64,000 bases of DNA from Callorhinchus milii (Eukaryota): positions 101,806,001-101,870,000 of the forward strand of contig NW_024704742.1 in the NCBI RefSeq assembly GCF_018977255.1, written 5' to 3'. Position numbers and translations under genes: made by a program. Shown piece after piece: positions 25,951 to 39,115 of this stretch. Numbering within the stretch: the first letter of the stretch is position 1; the number at the start of each line of letters is the position of its first letter. The notes under the pieces were generated by a model. The model was not told the origin of the DNA. It saw only the letters and a list, made by a program, of their open reading frames with translations, and made no database searches.

Positions 25951-26465
25951 CTGTGATAAGGAAGAGGTGATCATTATCCCATGTTCATTCACTGAAGGAA
26001 TTCAACTCTAATTTGAATTATTTTCAAACCATTGTTTCAAAAAACAATTGTATTCCATACTAATACTGCAGACGATTTTAAACTAAAATCTTTCACTATA
26101 GAACAACAATAAAAGGTCCACAAAGTTAACAACAGAAATAAGGCACTAGAGTTATGGTTTAAAGCTGAACATGAACAGTTCTGTTTTGATCACCTTTCAA
26201 GGAGCTTGGTTATCAATTCCATTGTTCACAAAAGATCTTTTGAAATGCTGAAATAGGAAACCAAATACTGTACCTTTTTTATGAAATAGAAACTGTTCCT
26301 TCTGATGGAAACAGAAATTTTACAGTAGTACAAATCATTATTACTTTTCTAACTGTCAGCACTTTTGGATTTCAGATTCCTTTTGGTATAGGAATTCCCA
26401 TAGTGTCCGTTATAAAAATAATTGGATTTCAGCAGAGCTGTCATTTAGCACTATGATCAATTTAC

Positions 26466-26576
26466 CTTGCCGAAGAAGTTGTGCCCGATATACTGGAGGG
26501 AGTGATGTTGAAAGGAATGTATGCAATCGCATGGCTAGGAGAAATCTCAATCCACATTCATCAAGAGTCTCTCCAC
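26466..26576 (-). CDS. DMXL1: DMXL1 exon ~19 (GETLDECGLRFLLAMRLHTFLSTSLPPVYRAQLLRQ)
   Basis: attcag|GT...AAG|gtaaat; 111 nt, phase 1-1. Confidence 0.93.
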
Positions 26577-27411
26577 CTGAATACACAAGATAGAAAATAT
26601 TTTAATCTTTATTAGTGAATGAAATAATTTGATCAAAGAAGCATTGTGAAGGAGATATACATCAGCTAACATTGCCAGATTTGACATTAAGTATTTTAGA
26701 TTGAACATACCTAGCAATGCACGCTCCCACAAAATATAGTCAATTCACTTTACAGTATATTCTGTGAAGTGCTTTGAGACGTCTCAAAGACGTGATAAGG
26801 CACTATATGCAAGGATTATTATTATTTTTCCTAGTTTTTATAGTTAATAGGGGATTAAAAAGGAAAAAGAGATTCACAAACTTGAAATATATTTTACAAA
26901 ATATTACATGCATTTAAAATAGAATTTTGTAGCTTTTATTTAAAGGTTGATACATTACAGTATTCTATAAATATTTATATGAATTGCCCAAGCAGGTTAA
27001 ATATAACTGAAAAGAATGTAAAACGGAACAGTTTTGATCCATTTCCATGAAGTAAATACAATGCAGTCCCATAGCAGATTTAACTGAAACTGCCTAATTT
27101 CTGCAATAAAATAATAAAAAAAAGCGAATTTCCAGGTCACCTCAACATCGTTTTCTACTTTGCTGTGCATGCGCTCTTTGGTTTGTAGGTGACATTAGCG
27201 GCAACCTGATGACCCAGAAATTGACTTTTTTTTAAAGAGAATAAGAATCTTTTTCACTGGTCACTGGTGACATCACTTCCTACTTTTCGTAACAAAGCAT
27301 TCAGTGGAGTTGACAGTGACCAGGAAGTTGGCCATTTTAGCGTGAAAAAATGTAGTTTAAAATTTTAATTTCCTTAAATAAAAAAAATGCACTGCATCAA
27401 AAAAAGCTTAC

Positions 27412-29130
27412 CTTGGGCTCTTTCTCGGCTTTCTCCGATATCTGTGCTGATGGTTGCAACAGTATCTGCTAGTGCCATCAAAAACATCTGCTCCATACTG
27501 GTAAGTCCAGGTAGACTGGAATGAAGCAAATGGCTAGATAGTACTCGAGCATGTTCGGGTCCAAAATAGGTAGGACTGTACTGAGAAAGATCAATAATTT
27601 TGGATGCATAGACATCGCCAAAGACATCTAAGAGACTTAAATCTTCTGTACCAACAGAGGTCTCAAAGAGTTCATCATAGTTGTTTCCTGTTGACTGATA
27701 TTTATTTTTCTTCCTAAAATTAGTTCTTTTGCTAGGTTTTTCAAAGGTGGTATGAGAAGTATCTTCATCAGCAGCTAGAAGTGCACACAGAGGAAGAGGA
27801 GGAACAGAATCTATTTCCGTGTAATCAGGATTTTCATTTTTATTAGCAGTTAAGGGATCTCTTGCGGTGCTGCCACTTGCACTGATGGTCAAAGATCTAA
27901 GACGACGCTCATGGCTAGTTTGAACGTCACGAGGAGTGATTACTTCTCCTGCAATACATTTGACCAGATGAGACAAAATGGCTTTGGCTCGTCTGACCTT
28001 GCCCAAATCCATCAACTCCAAAAGCTGCAAAGGATGATATTGAGGCAGAGTGGGGGATAAATTATGAGATGCTTCAAAGAGGCCAGAGTCCTCCATCTCA
28101 ACACTCCAGTTATATGGAATCTTTTTGCCACAAAATTTCTGAGCAAGCCCAGTCATCGATCTGGTCAGTGTTCTTTTGTACAGGCTAGGATTGGAACCAC
28201 TAGCACAACTGTATTTTGCAAGGCTAGCTATTGAAGGAGTGCTACCAATATCAACATCAGTGACTGTTGTGTCCAATTTATCAGGTGGTTGCCATTGTGA
28301 ATAAACATGCATTTCACAATCCATCCCCACCACAAGAATGCCGTCACGCACCCAGGAGAGGGAAACAGGCAGTGATAAAGATCCGTCTACTGAGGACACC
28401 AGGTCCACGCTCCTGAGAAGCACCCATCTAGATCGAGAGACTTCCTTGGCACTGTCCCACAAAGATAATGCAACAAAAGCTGGTGCTTCTTTCTTTGTCT
28501 GATCTTGTACTAATCCAGACATCTGTCCGTACATTATAAGCTTGGATCCAATTCCTATAGTTAAGATATGAGATCCATCTTCTTTGGAGACCCAATCTAA
28601 GTGAACCAAAGGTTTTGAGTCAAAAGCCACATGACTGTCATTGATCAAATGCAAATCTTCTTTATTATAAACCACTAAATTGCTATCTATACTGACTCTT
28701 GGGTCCAACGTTGTACAACTATGGCTAAAGTCATCCAAGTGGATTGTCTGCTCATGAATCCACTGAGAGCCTCCAGTGGACTCGCATTCAAATATTCCAA
28801 CATGCATGGTGAAGTGCTTACTGGAATGACCATTAACTGGTATTGTCTGTTTGTAAGCCACAGCCAGCCGGCTTGTGTATGAACAGCTTACATCCACTGG
28901 CCTCCCTGGTACATACACGGCACTGCTGCTATGAAGTCCTTCCTCAATAAGCAGTGGCCATTCTTCCCAGGAATAAGCCAAGCCACTCTCCCCAGTGTCC
29001 CCTGCTGCAGAAGATACCAGTTGTGAAGAGGCTCGACAGCGCCAGAATCGAACCTTTCCGTCTGAGCAGGAAGTTGCTAAAAGATATGGTGCTAAGCAAG
29101 ATGGATGAACTGACGAAGAACTGAGGTGTC
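27412..29130 (-). CDS. DMXL1: DMXL1 exon ~18, large exon (WD40 repeats into the Rav1p_C-like region)
   Basis: atgcag|GA...AAG|gtaagc; 1719 nt, phase 1-1; lies inside the 596-aa ORF. Confidence 0.96.
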
Positions 29131-30138
29131 CTGCATATAAAAAAAAGCAATGAAAGAAAATCATTACAAAATGAAACTTTTTAAAAATCTCTGACCATCA
29201 GTTTCAGCACTACAAGTGGTTAATAAAACCTTGATGGCTAATAAAAATGAAAATGAGGTATCAGGCTTACTCAACACCAACTGTTTAATCCAGGTCTTCA
29301 AGTGCAGGGCCTTGGTAAAGAGACAGGCTCACCATGAAGCCGTCATGACCTTCGGGGTGCTGAGAAACATTCAGTGAAAGCTGGAGCCTTCCTTCCTCTA
29401 ACTGGGAAAGCTACTTCGCTTTTTTTAAACAACAAAACCACCTCACTTCTTGCTCCTAAACTTTGCAAACGATACAAAAGAAACCCTTCCATTGCATACC
29501 CAGGAGCTCGAAACCATGAAGGTAAGTGTGTTAGGGGGTCTTCCACACCACAAGCTTAACCTGCATTGGGACTTTCCTATCATAGGAGAAAGGAACTGCC
29601 AGAGTGCCCTTCACCCTTCTTGTGTGGTTCCGAAGTGTCTAATTAAGTCAGTGTATACTGCAACCTCCTAGATACAGATATGTCAACAATTGGGAGAGAT
29701 ATCTCTTGTATCTTTCAATCAACATCTTCACTGTCCCATCTCAAGCTGTATATTTATAATGCTACATGGTGAAAACTACACACAGATTGTCCAGGATCTC
29801 CACAATGAGGTCTAAATGTGGTCAGGCCAGTCTAAAACTGTTAACCCACTAAACTCAATGAATGGAGCTGCTCCAGCTCCTGCCTGTGTTCGAGAGGTTT
29901 GGTTGGTTTCAATACAACTACAAATCATTTTATACAAACTATACAAATTCTATTTTAGCAGGAGTAATACGGGAAAAGGTACTCTCAAATCTTTAAAAAT
30001 AACTTTAAATACTGTAGATTTAAATAAGAAATGTGTACAAATGATTCCTACCATATTGAAATTTCAGAGTTGCATAGTCACTTGCAAAATACAAAAAAGA
30101 CACAGATGCCACACTTTGACTATTATGTTCAAACTAAC

Positions 30139-30348
30139 CTGCAGATGGAGTACATCTAATAATCTCCACTCCTTCTGGAAGAGGTAATTCTTGACTGTAA
30201 ACTCTTTCTGAGGTAAGAGTCAGTCTACTGGCACTTTGTAAATTTGCTTTGCAAGCTTGATATTTTTTAAGAAAAGGAGATGGTGATTTTTCAGGGATGG
30301 AGCTATCTGGTTCTGCTGCAGGTGTCGGCGAGGTTTCAGGTGTGTTAC
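30139..30348 (-). CDS. DMXL1: DMXL1 exon ~17 (NTPETSP...YQACKANLQSASRLTL...IRCTPSA)
   Basis: cctcag|GT...CAG|gttagt; 210 nt, phase 1-1. Confidence 0.87.
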
Positions 30349-31021
30349 CTGAGGTTAGGGGTGGGAGAAAGAGAAACACATTTTCATCCATCAATAATGC
30401 TACTGTATTGATCAATTGCATTCCATCATAAATGAAGTAACATTATACTCCCACAGTTAAATAACATACTCGCTTGTACATTTAACACTTTATATGGAAT
30501 CTCCACATACACGACATATCCCATGAACTGCTACTCTGGAGGAATGGGTCAAGGGATAAAGTAAGTTTTGTTCTTTAACTCTGAAATAATTTTGATTATT
30601 TTTTCTTCCTCTTTCTTCCTTTTTACTAAAACCACTATAACACCGAATAATAAAACATTCATTTCTCCATTTCTGTTAATGGGAATATAACCTGCACATA
30701 TGAGCTATTAGTGATATGGTAGGGGTATGAAATGCTCAAATAGTTCTTGGGATACTTAGCTTCTGGACTGAATAAAGGAGAGATTCGTATAGAAAACATT
30801 TTGGAAATTCTCTCAGTTGAGTTTGTGGGTCAGGGGAAAATTATGTTAAAATTGCCCCCCCAAGAGGTTAAATAGTTGGAGTTCATAATAGGGGTGATTG
30901 TATTTGGTATGTGAAAGAAATTAGCCAAATGAATTAAATGGCCTTTTCTAAAACTATAAACTATTTTTATTCACTTGGCAATTTTTGCAACTCTTTGGGA
31001 GATGTTTGATTCCCTTTTGCT

Positions 31022-31855
31022 TCTGGAACTAAGGGAGGAAGTCGCAAAAAAAATCTTTCAAAAATCCCTGAATAATGGAGAGGTGCCAGGGGACTGGAGA
31101 AAGGCAGATGTTACTCCTATTTTTAAGAAGATAACAAAAGTGATCCAGTTAACTACAAACCAGCAAGTTTGATGTCCATTATGGGTAAAATTATGGAGAC
31201 TCTTATTAAAGATAAAATCATGGACAGAAATGAAATCATAAATGATAGCCACTGTGGGTTCATGAAGGGAAGGTCCTGCCAATCTAATTTACTGTTTTTT
31301 CTTTGCTGGTGTGACATGGCAGCTTGATAAGGGTAAGGCTGTGGATGGTGTATATCTGGATTTCAGTAAGGCCTTTGATACATTTCCTCTTGAGAGGCTG
31401 GTATTTAAAGTACAGAAAGCGGGAATCAATGGAGGTATATTACAATGGATACGCAATTGGTTGACTGGATGAATCCAGAGGGTGGTGGTACAGGGAATGT
31501 CATCAGACTGGGAAAATGTTACCAGTGGAGTTCTATAAGGGTCTGTTTTGGGACTTCTTTTGTTTAATATTTTTATAAATGATCTGGAACTAGGAATTGC
31601 AAGCACAGTGGCTAAGTTTGTAGATGACCAAGCTAATGAAGGTGGTAGATTGTGAAGCTGAACAAGATAGGTTACAGGAGGATTGAACATATTTGGGAAT
31701 TTGGCAGATCGATGTTAGATAGAATTCAATGCGGAGAAATGTAAAGTTACTTCATATGGGGACAAAAAATCCTGGAAGTGACTATTACTTGAATGGAAGG
31801 AAAACAATATGTATGGAAAATGAAAAGGACCCGGGGGTCCTGATTGACAATAAAT
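31022..31855 (+). mobile_element. CR1 LINE RT fragment, family B (inverted relative to 3848-5395)
   Basis: GEVPGDWRKADVTPIFKK and YLDFSKAFD motifs; alignable to the reverse complement of about 4520-5350. Confidence 0.92.
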
Positions 31856-32653
31856 GTTCATGCTGTAAAATATTAGGTCTTTTTTAATATGGAGAACAAC
31901 TTCTCAACACAATAATACAGAGCACCACCAAGTGACAGAAAACAAATACGACATATTGTTATGTAATATCTTTGAAACAGTATTCCTTTTAGTAGCTCCA
32001 AAATAAACTACCAGCCCTTCAACTTCTTTAAAGTTTTGACCATGATCAATGCACATATTAGGACTGTTTGCAAACTCTGAACAAAGTAGGAAAAGCTACA
32101 AAAACATAAAAACATAGAATAAGAAAATGAAATCTCCCCCGAACACAGACCAGGTACAATGTACAAATTTTATTTGATCGATTTAATCTCGAGAAAGGTT
32201 ATCATCCAAAACACTTCCATAAAACCCAGTGTTCTTTTTGCGCTGCTACAAATACTGGAACGGAGATGGTGGGTATGATAAAGAAGTTCCATATCTAACA
32301 GAACTGCTCTGCCACATTAGCCATAATGAGTTCAGTACCTTTAGATGTGGATTATTGGATGGCTACATTTTGTTTCTAGTTTCCACTCAGGGTTTGCTAG
32401 ATTAATTTAAATGAAAGCAGTAAAACCAAGACAGACTCTTTGAATGTACCTTCTCCTTTAGATCCTTCTCCGTGGAACTTTCTAAAAGGAATGGGTTAAA
32501 AGCAGTTACACTACTTTCTGACTCAGAGATGAGAGTGCCACCAAATGAGCTCCGTCTTCCATACAAATTTAAAACACATTTAAAATTTTTTAAACACAAG
32601 AAAATTTCACTGAATTTATATAAAGTGCAATTTGTCACAAAAATAGGTCTTAC

Positions 32654-32773
32654 CCACAGAGACCTGAACAGATTTCAGGTGTAGATGCCACATGTGCAGG
32701 GCTGAACGATTATTCTGTTTATGCTCTATTACCACCAAAAAGAATTTCTCTGAAAATCCTTCCTGCGGCTCTC
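32654..32773 (-). CDS. DMXL1: DMXL1 exon ~16 (EPQEGFSEKFFLVVIE...LHMWHLHLKSVQVSV)
   Basis: tttcag|GA...TGG|gtaaga; 120 nt, phase 1-1. Confidence 0.9.
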
Positions 32774-33444
32774 CTGAAAAGAAATAACATTTTCAACAAT
32801 AGAATAACATGTTGGATATTGTAGAATGTATGCGGTTAATAATCCTTTAAAAAAATAAGTTTGATCACTCAATTCACAACGGTTTATGGGACCCTTCTGT
32901 GTGCAATTGGCTGCCGCATTTTGCCCAAAAATATAGTCAATATACAGTATATTTCGTAAAGCACTTTAAGACATCTCAATGCAGCAATAAGGTGCTATAT
33001 CAAATGCAAGGATTATCATTATTCAGTAATTATTGCATATATCATGAGTGTGAAAGACCTATTTCAGTTTTTTTTTCTCCAAATTGTATACCAGTCGATA
33101 TTCTACTGTATGGCCATTAATTCAGACTTAAAATAAACATTTTACTTATAATACACACAATGTACTTTTTAAAAAATCTGTACAAATTGATATTTGATTT
33201 AAGCATGAAGCAGCTGTACCATTCATGCTCTGTTTGAAGTTTACTGTCAGCAATGCTAATATATCACAGTGTTTCTAGCATGCTGCACATAGGTGCAAAT
33301 AAAAGCAATGTCATTTTCAAATTTATACAACTTTTATGAAATATCGCCAGAGGCTTTAAAAAAAAGGTATCTGGAGAGAATAAACCACTTTACTATGGAT
33401 TTTCTGCTCTATTCATTTTGTCATTTTTTCTCCTGGAACACACT

Positions 33445-34390
33445 GAACTTTCTTCAGCTCAACGTGCGAAAAACCGAGGCCCTCCTGATTGGCTCACGTC
33501 AGCGCCTCCGCACCTCAGGCGCTGACACCATCAGCATCCAAGGCTGCACTCTCCACCTCTCAAAGCCAGTCAGGAACCTCGGGGTTCTGTTCGACCCTGA
33601 GCTGTCCTTTCTCCCTCACATCCGCACCACAACTGGCACCGCCTTCCATCACCTCCGGAATATCGCCAGACTACGGCACTACCTCACCCCTCACGCTGCT
33701 GAAACCCTGGTTCACGCCTTTGTCACCTCAAGGCTGGACTATGGGAACTCTCTCCTCGCCGGCCTTCCCGCCACCTCCCTCCACACTGCAGGTCATTCAG
33801 AACTCTGCAGCTCGTGTACTGTCCCGCACCAGGCTTCGGGACCACATCACTCCCACCCTCGCTCGCCTCCACTGGCTCCCCATCCCCAGAGGATTGATTT
33901 CAAGATCCTCATCCTCACCTACAAGGCCATTCACGGCCTTGCTCCCTCCTACCTCTACGACTTACTATCCCCCTACTTACCTGCCCGTACCCTCCGTTCC
34001 TCTGGCTCTGGTCTGCTCCACGTCCCCCGCCCCAACCGCCCTACTATCGGTGGTCGGGCCTTCAGCCTCTCAGCCCCCAGGCTCTGGAACTCCATCCCCC
34101 AGTGCCTTCGCCGCCTCCTCACTTTCCTCCTTCAAGGCCGGTCTCAAAACCTTTCTCTTTGACCGTGCCTTCAGCTCCCCTCTCGACTCTCTTCCTCCTC
34201 CTCGCTCCCTCCCTTCCCTCCCCTCACCCTGACCATTTCCCCCCTCCTCTCTCCCTCCCTTCCTTCCCCTCACCCTGACCATTTCCCCCCTGCTCGGGTC
34301 ATGACCCAACTGTGCAGCGCCTTGGGACGTCCTCCTGACGTGAAAGGCGCTCTATAAATGGAATCTTGTTCTTGTTGTTGTTGTTGTTGA
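33445..34390 (+). mobile_element. L2 3' portion, relatively young, with a ~45-bp tandem duplication in the 3' UTR (about 34205-34292)
   Basis: FLQLNVRKTEALLIG, HAFVTSRLDYGNSLL and GGRAFS motifs; many CpGs retained. Confidence 0.94.
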
Positions 34391-34614
34391 ACCAAATGGA
34401 CAGAATTCCATAAGCAATGGCCACTCTCCAGTACCACAATGTCACAAAAGAGGTTCAGATGAAGAAAGTCCTTTGGTCCATTTGATGGCATTCTTCCAGA
34501 ATAACTATTCTATTGTCCTCTCATACAGCATCAAGCTGCTTCTTCAATAAGTCCATTGTTGTATCACCGTTCCAGCTGATTTTGTTTGGTCAGCTGGGTG
34601 TCTAACTCATGCAT

Positions 34615-36885
34615 TAGAGATAGTTTTCTAGTTTTCTAAAACAATATGCTGAGGAACCAACCAGGGAACAGGCTATCTTAGATCTTGTGTAACGAAATAG
34701 GGCTAATCAGCAATCTGGAAGTTAAGGCTCCTCTAGGGCCGAGTGACCATAACACGATGGAAGTTAACATTAAGTTAGAGAGTGATATAGTGGAATCCGA
34801 AGTTTAAACATATAATACATAATTCCCAGCCCAGCGATCACATATTCCCTTGAAAAATAAAAATACCTCGGGAAAAGTGGTTCAACCTTGCCTAACTAGA
34901 GAAGTTAGGGAAAGCATAAAATTAAAAGAAGAGGCCTATAATACTGCCAAAAAGAGCATTAAACCGGAGGATTGGGAGGGCTTTAGAGAACATCTAGGGA
35001 AAACAAAGAAACTGATTAAGAGAGAGAAAATGGAATATGAGGGTAAACTAGCTAGGAACATAAAGACAGAATTGTAAGAGTTTTTACAAGTACATAAAGA
35101 AAAGACTATCAAAAATGAATGTGGGTCCATTGCAGGCAGAGACAGGAGAAATTATAATGGGGAATAAAGAAATGGCAGAGTCATTAACAAATATTTTGCT
35201 TCTGTCTTCACGTTAGAGGACACTGAAAACTTACCGAAAATAGAGGGGAACCTTGAGGCTTATGTTAGTGAGGAACTTAAAGAAATGAACATCAGTAAAG
35301 CAATAGTACTAGAGAAATTGATAGGATTAAAAAACGACAAATCCCCTGGACCTGATGGTCTGCATCCTAGGGTTTTAAAAGAGATGGCTGCAGAGATAGT
35401 GGATGCTTTATTTTTGGTCTTCCTAAATTCCCTGGATTCTGGAATGGTTCCCAGTGATTGGAAGGTCGCAAACGTAACACCGATATTTAAGAAGGGTGGG
35501 AGACAAAAATGGGGAACTATTGACCAGTTAGTCTGACATCGGTGGTAGGGAAAATTCTAGCGGCCTTAATTAGGGACGTCGTCGTAGGGTACTTAGAAAA
35601 TCATACCATGATTAGGCAGAGTCAACATGGCTTTACCAAAGAGAAATTATGTTTACCAAATCTTATAATAGTTTTTTGAGGATGTAACTAGCAGGTTAGA
35701 TAGGGGGGAACCAGTAGATATGGTGTATTTGGATTTCCAGAAGTCATTCGACAAGGTGCCACATAAAAGGCTGTTGCATAAGATTAGAGCCCATGGAATT
35801 AAAGGTAATATATTAGCATGGATTAGAGAGTGCTAACAGAAAGAAAACAGAGAATACGGATAAATGGGTCCTTCTCTAATTGGCAGGATGTGACTAGTGG
35901 AGTGCTACAAGGATCAGTGCTTGGACCTCAATTATTTACAGTCTATATCAATGATTTAGATGAGGAAATAGAACTTAACATGTCTAAACGTGCAGACGAT
36001 ACGAAGATAGGTGGGAGAGTAAGCTGTGACGATGACAAACAAAGAATGCAAAGGGAAATAGACGGGCTAGGTGAGTGGACAAGAAGTTGGCAGATGGAGT
36101 ATAACGTGGGGAAGCGTGAAGTTATTCACCTCAGTAGTAAAAATAGAAAAGTGGATTCTTTTCTAGAGGGGGAGAGGCCAGATAGTGTTAGTGTTCAGAG
36201 GGTTTTGGGTGTCCTTGTATACCAGTCACAAAAGGTTAGTTTGCAGATACAGCAAGCAACTTGGAAGGCTAATGCCATGTTGACATTCGTTGCAAAAGGG
36301 TTAGAGTACAAGAGTAGGGAAGTCTTGCTGCAGTTGTATAAGGCCTTGGTAAGACCGCACGTAGAATATTGTGTGCAGTTTTGGTCTCCTTATTTAAGAA
36401 AGGACATACTGGCCTTAGAGGGGGTGCAGCGTAGGTTCACTAGGTTGGTTCCTGGGATGAGGGGGTTGACCTATGAGGATAGTTGAGTAAACTAGGCCTA
36501 TATTCTCTAGAATATAGAAGAATTAGTGGTGATCTTATAGAAACCTATAAGATTCTTAAGGGGTCTTGACAGGGTAGATGCCGTGAGACTGTTTTCCCTG
36601 GTTGGAGAATCTAAAACTAGGGGTCATAGTCTCAAGATTAAGGGACAGCCTTTTCGAACTGAATTAAGAAAACATTTCTTCACTCAGAGGGTAGTGAACT
36701 TGTGGAATTTTCTACCCCAGAAGGTTGTGGTTGCTCAGTCCTTGAACATATTCAAGACTGAGGTTGATAGATTTCTAAAGGATAAAGGATTTGGGGATAG
36801 GATGGGTAAATGGAATTAGGTTAGACGATCAGCCACGATCTTATTAAATAGTGGGGCAAGTGGCCTACTCCTGCTCCTACATTTC
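34615..36885 (+). mobile_element. CR1 LINE ORF2 (endonuclease C-terminus, RT and 3' UTR), family A, internally deleted
   Basis: PTREQAILDLV, SDHN, KSPGPDGLHPRVLKE, QGSVLGPQLF and ADDTK motifs. Confidence 0.95.
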
Positions 36886-37404
36886 ATTGTCTGAAATAAT
36901 ATCTCGATATAATATACAGTTTGGAACATGACACGTCATGCGACCACCAGGATGGTGAAAAGCAAACTAGATGGACCTTCATCTTCTTTCGCCTAGCAAA
37001 TTCTTATATACAGAAATTCATCACTTTGCTTAAGAGTATCCAAACCAGGCATGACAGCTTCACGTGGAAATTCCCGTGTATGGAATGTGCACTCTCCCTG
37101 GAGGTATCTAATTCAAGAGAGTATTTGCCCCGGCTGGCATGAATCAGGTTTGGGGACACCAGAGTGTGCGTCAAGGTGGTGCTGGTGACTAACTAGCTAA
37201 AACCACATAGCTTGCCATTGAAAGCACTGTCTGGCAATTTTCTAGCTGCTTCCAGCTGATGATTACTTTAGGTGGAAAGAAATATTTCCTCTTCCCCGTC
37301 TTAAACTTGCCCATCACAACACTGAACCTGTCGTGAACACTGAACACTGAACCACCTCTTGCATTGGCTTCAATTACCCTCTGTTCATTTACCCATTTTA
37401 TATA

Positions 37405-37575
37405 CAGTACACTCTGATAACTCGACCCTGGCTTAACTTGTCACTACCACTTAAGTCATTATACGGTCGATATCTTGGTCACCTTTATTCATTTATAATA
37501 CACCTTACTCAGGACTTCAGATACCTGGTCATTGAGCGTTTTTACCTTGGAGTGACGGGTTACTAGGAGTTTTAA
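37405..37575. mobile_element. Decayed Tigger/pogo-like MITE
   Basis: TA|cagtacactctgataactcgacc at the left end; imperfect inverted copy gtgacgggttactaggagtttta at the right end. Confidence 0.5.
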
Positions 37576-38264
37576 GGTTGACTTCTGAGATGGCTAAAGG
37601 CTGATGAGTCCTAGTTTACCAGGTTATCGCAGGAAATAGATCTGCAGTACTCTTGGTGCAGGCTACCCAGATTACTGTGGATTTAACAATATAGCTCGCT
37701 TATCTTCTTTATTGCCTACTAACACTGTATGAACATGGTGAGTAATGAATCAATTACTACCCCACTAGCTCTGAGACACTACCCTGCATGAAAAGTGCTA
37801 TATAAATGCAAGTTGTGGTTGTTGTACCCCAAGTCTCTATCAGTTTGTAAGCTCTAACCTATCAATGAGATGTTTGTGCCTTCAATTTGAAACAAAACAC
37901 AAGTAAAAAAGTTTTTCCAAAACAATAAAAATGTTGCAAGATAAACAATAAAAGCACTAAAGTAAGCATGTTAAACCAGTTTATAATTGTTTTTGATTGT
38001 AAGAGAAAATTAGGTACCTGAAAAAGATCTCACATTATTGAAACGTGATAGAATTACGTAAATTAAAGTAAATCTAAAGATATCCTACCTATGACATGCC
38101 ATGAATGATGGAAGGCGTAAAGTCAACATGTATAAAGGAACAGCAACAAAAGCATATAAATAAAGGCATGGTTGACATTTATTCTTATAATTTATAGCAA
38201 TGTATGCATAATAATCATGCACTTATTTGTAAATTGCAAATTTATACAGCCAAAACCTTCGTAC

Positions 38265-38388
38265 CTGCTTGCGGCTGTGGGTCTGTTTCCTGAGAGGGAT
38301 TTCTTTTATTATGCTGCATGCTGTTGTTTTGATTAACTAGAATGAAGTCTTCCTTAAAGACATGAAGCAACTGTGTCTCCTTTCCATA
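38265..38388 (-). CDS. DMXL1: DMXL1 exon ~15 (YGKETQLLHVFKEDFIL...PQPQA)
   Basis: ttttag|TAT...CAG|gtacga; 124 nt, phase 0-1. Confidence 0.87.
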
Positions 38389-38709
38389 CTAAAATAAGAA
38401 CAATGTCATGTAAGGGATGCACAACAGCAATTTCAAATACGGTATCATCAAAAATCAAGCTTCAATTAAATGAAAGGTTGTATATCCACACATTACACAA
38501 GCAAAATTAAACTTCAAACAATATGTTTATCTAATATTCTAGTGTCAAATTCCTTCCATGACAAGTGATGGACATGTAATCACTGGAATATCATCTTGGT
38601 GGTATAAAGTTCAAAATACTCTCTGTGTACAGGCTCATTTTATTTTTCTGACAATTTTCTCCTGCTCTACTAAAGACATTCAACTCCTTTTTCTTTTTTC
38701 TGGGATAGT

Positions 38710-39115
38710 AATAATAATCTTTGCTTTTAATATAGCATCTTAAGATGACATCGCGATGTCTCAAAGCGCTTCACAGGATATACTGCAAAGTATATTTTGT
38801 ATTTTGTGGGCGAATGCGGAAGCCAGTTGCGCACAGCCATGTCCTGCAAACAGCCATAGAATGAGTTACCAATTTTATTTAGGGGATTTACTGGCCAGGA
38901 CACCTAGAGAAACTCCCTTGTCTTTTCAAATAGTTGGCAATGGTATCTTTAACATCTACCTGAACAAGCAGACCGGATCTCTGCTTAACCTCTCATCTGA
39001 AGGACAGCACTTACGACACTGTATTGGAGTGTCACCTATGTGAGCTCAAATCCCAATGTGGGGCTTGAACCCACAATTCTGTCTCAAGAGGCGAGAGTGC
39101 TACCAAGCCGACACA
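38710..39115 (-). mobile_element. Deu-domain SINE, near full length
   Basis: Plus strand ttaacctctcatctgaaggacagcac...gggcttgaacccacaa...gagagtgctacc. Confidence 0.8.

Noticed and set aside
32450..32481. 32-nt candidate exon (ccttttag|AAAGTTCC...GAGAAG|gtacat) after exon ~16
   Set aside because: It enters in phase 1 and exits in phase 0; I found no compensating exon, and exons 16 and 17 already join in frame.
37600..37640. ctgatgagtcct...gaaa hammerhead-like string (similar at about 3783 and 27207)
   Set aside because: Helix II does not close adjacent to GAAA and no helix I or III is evident.
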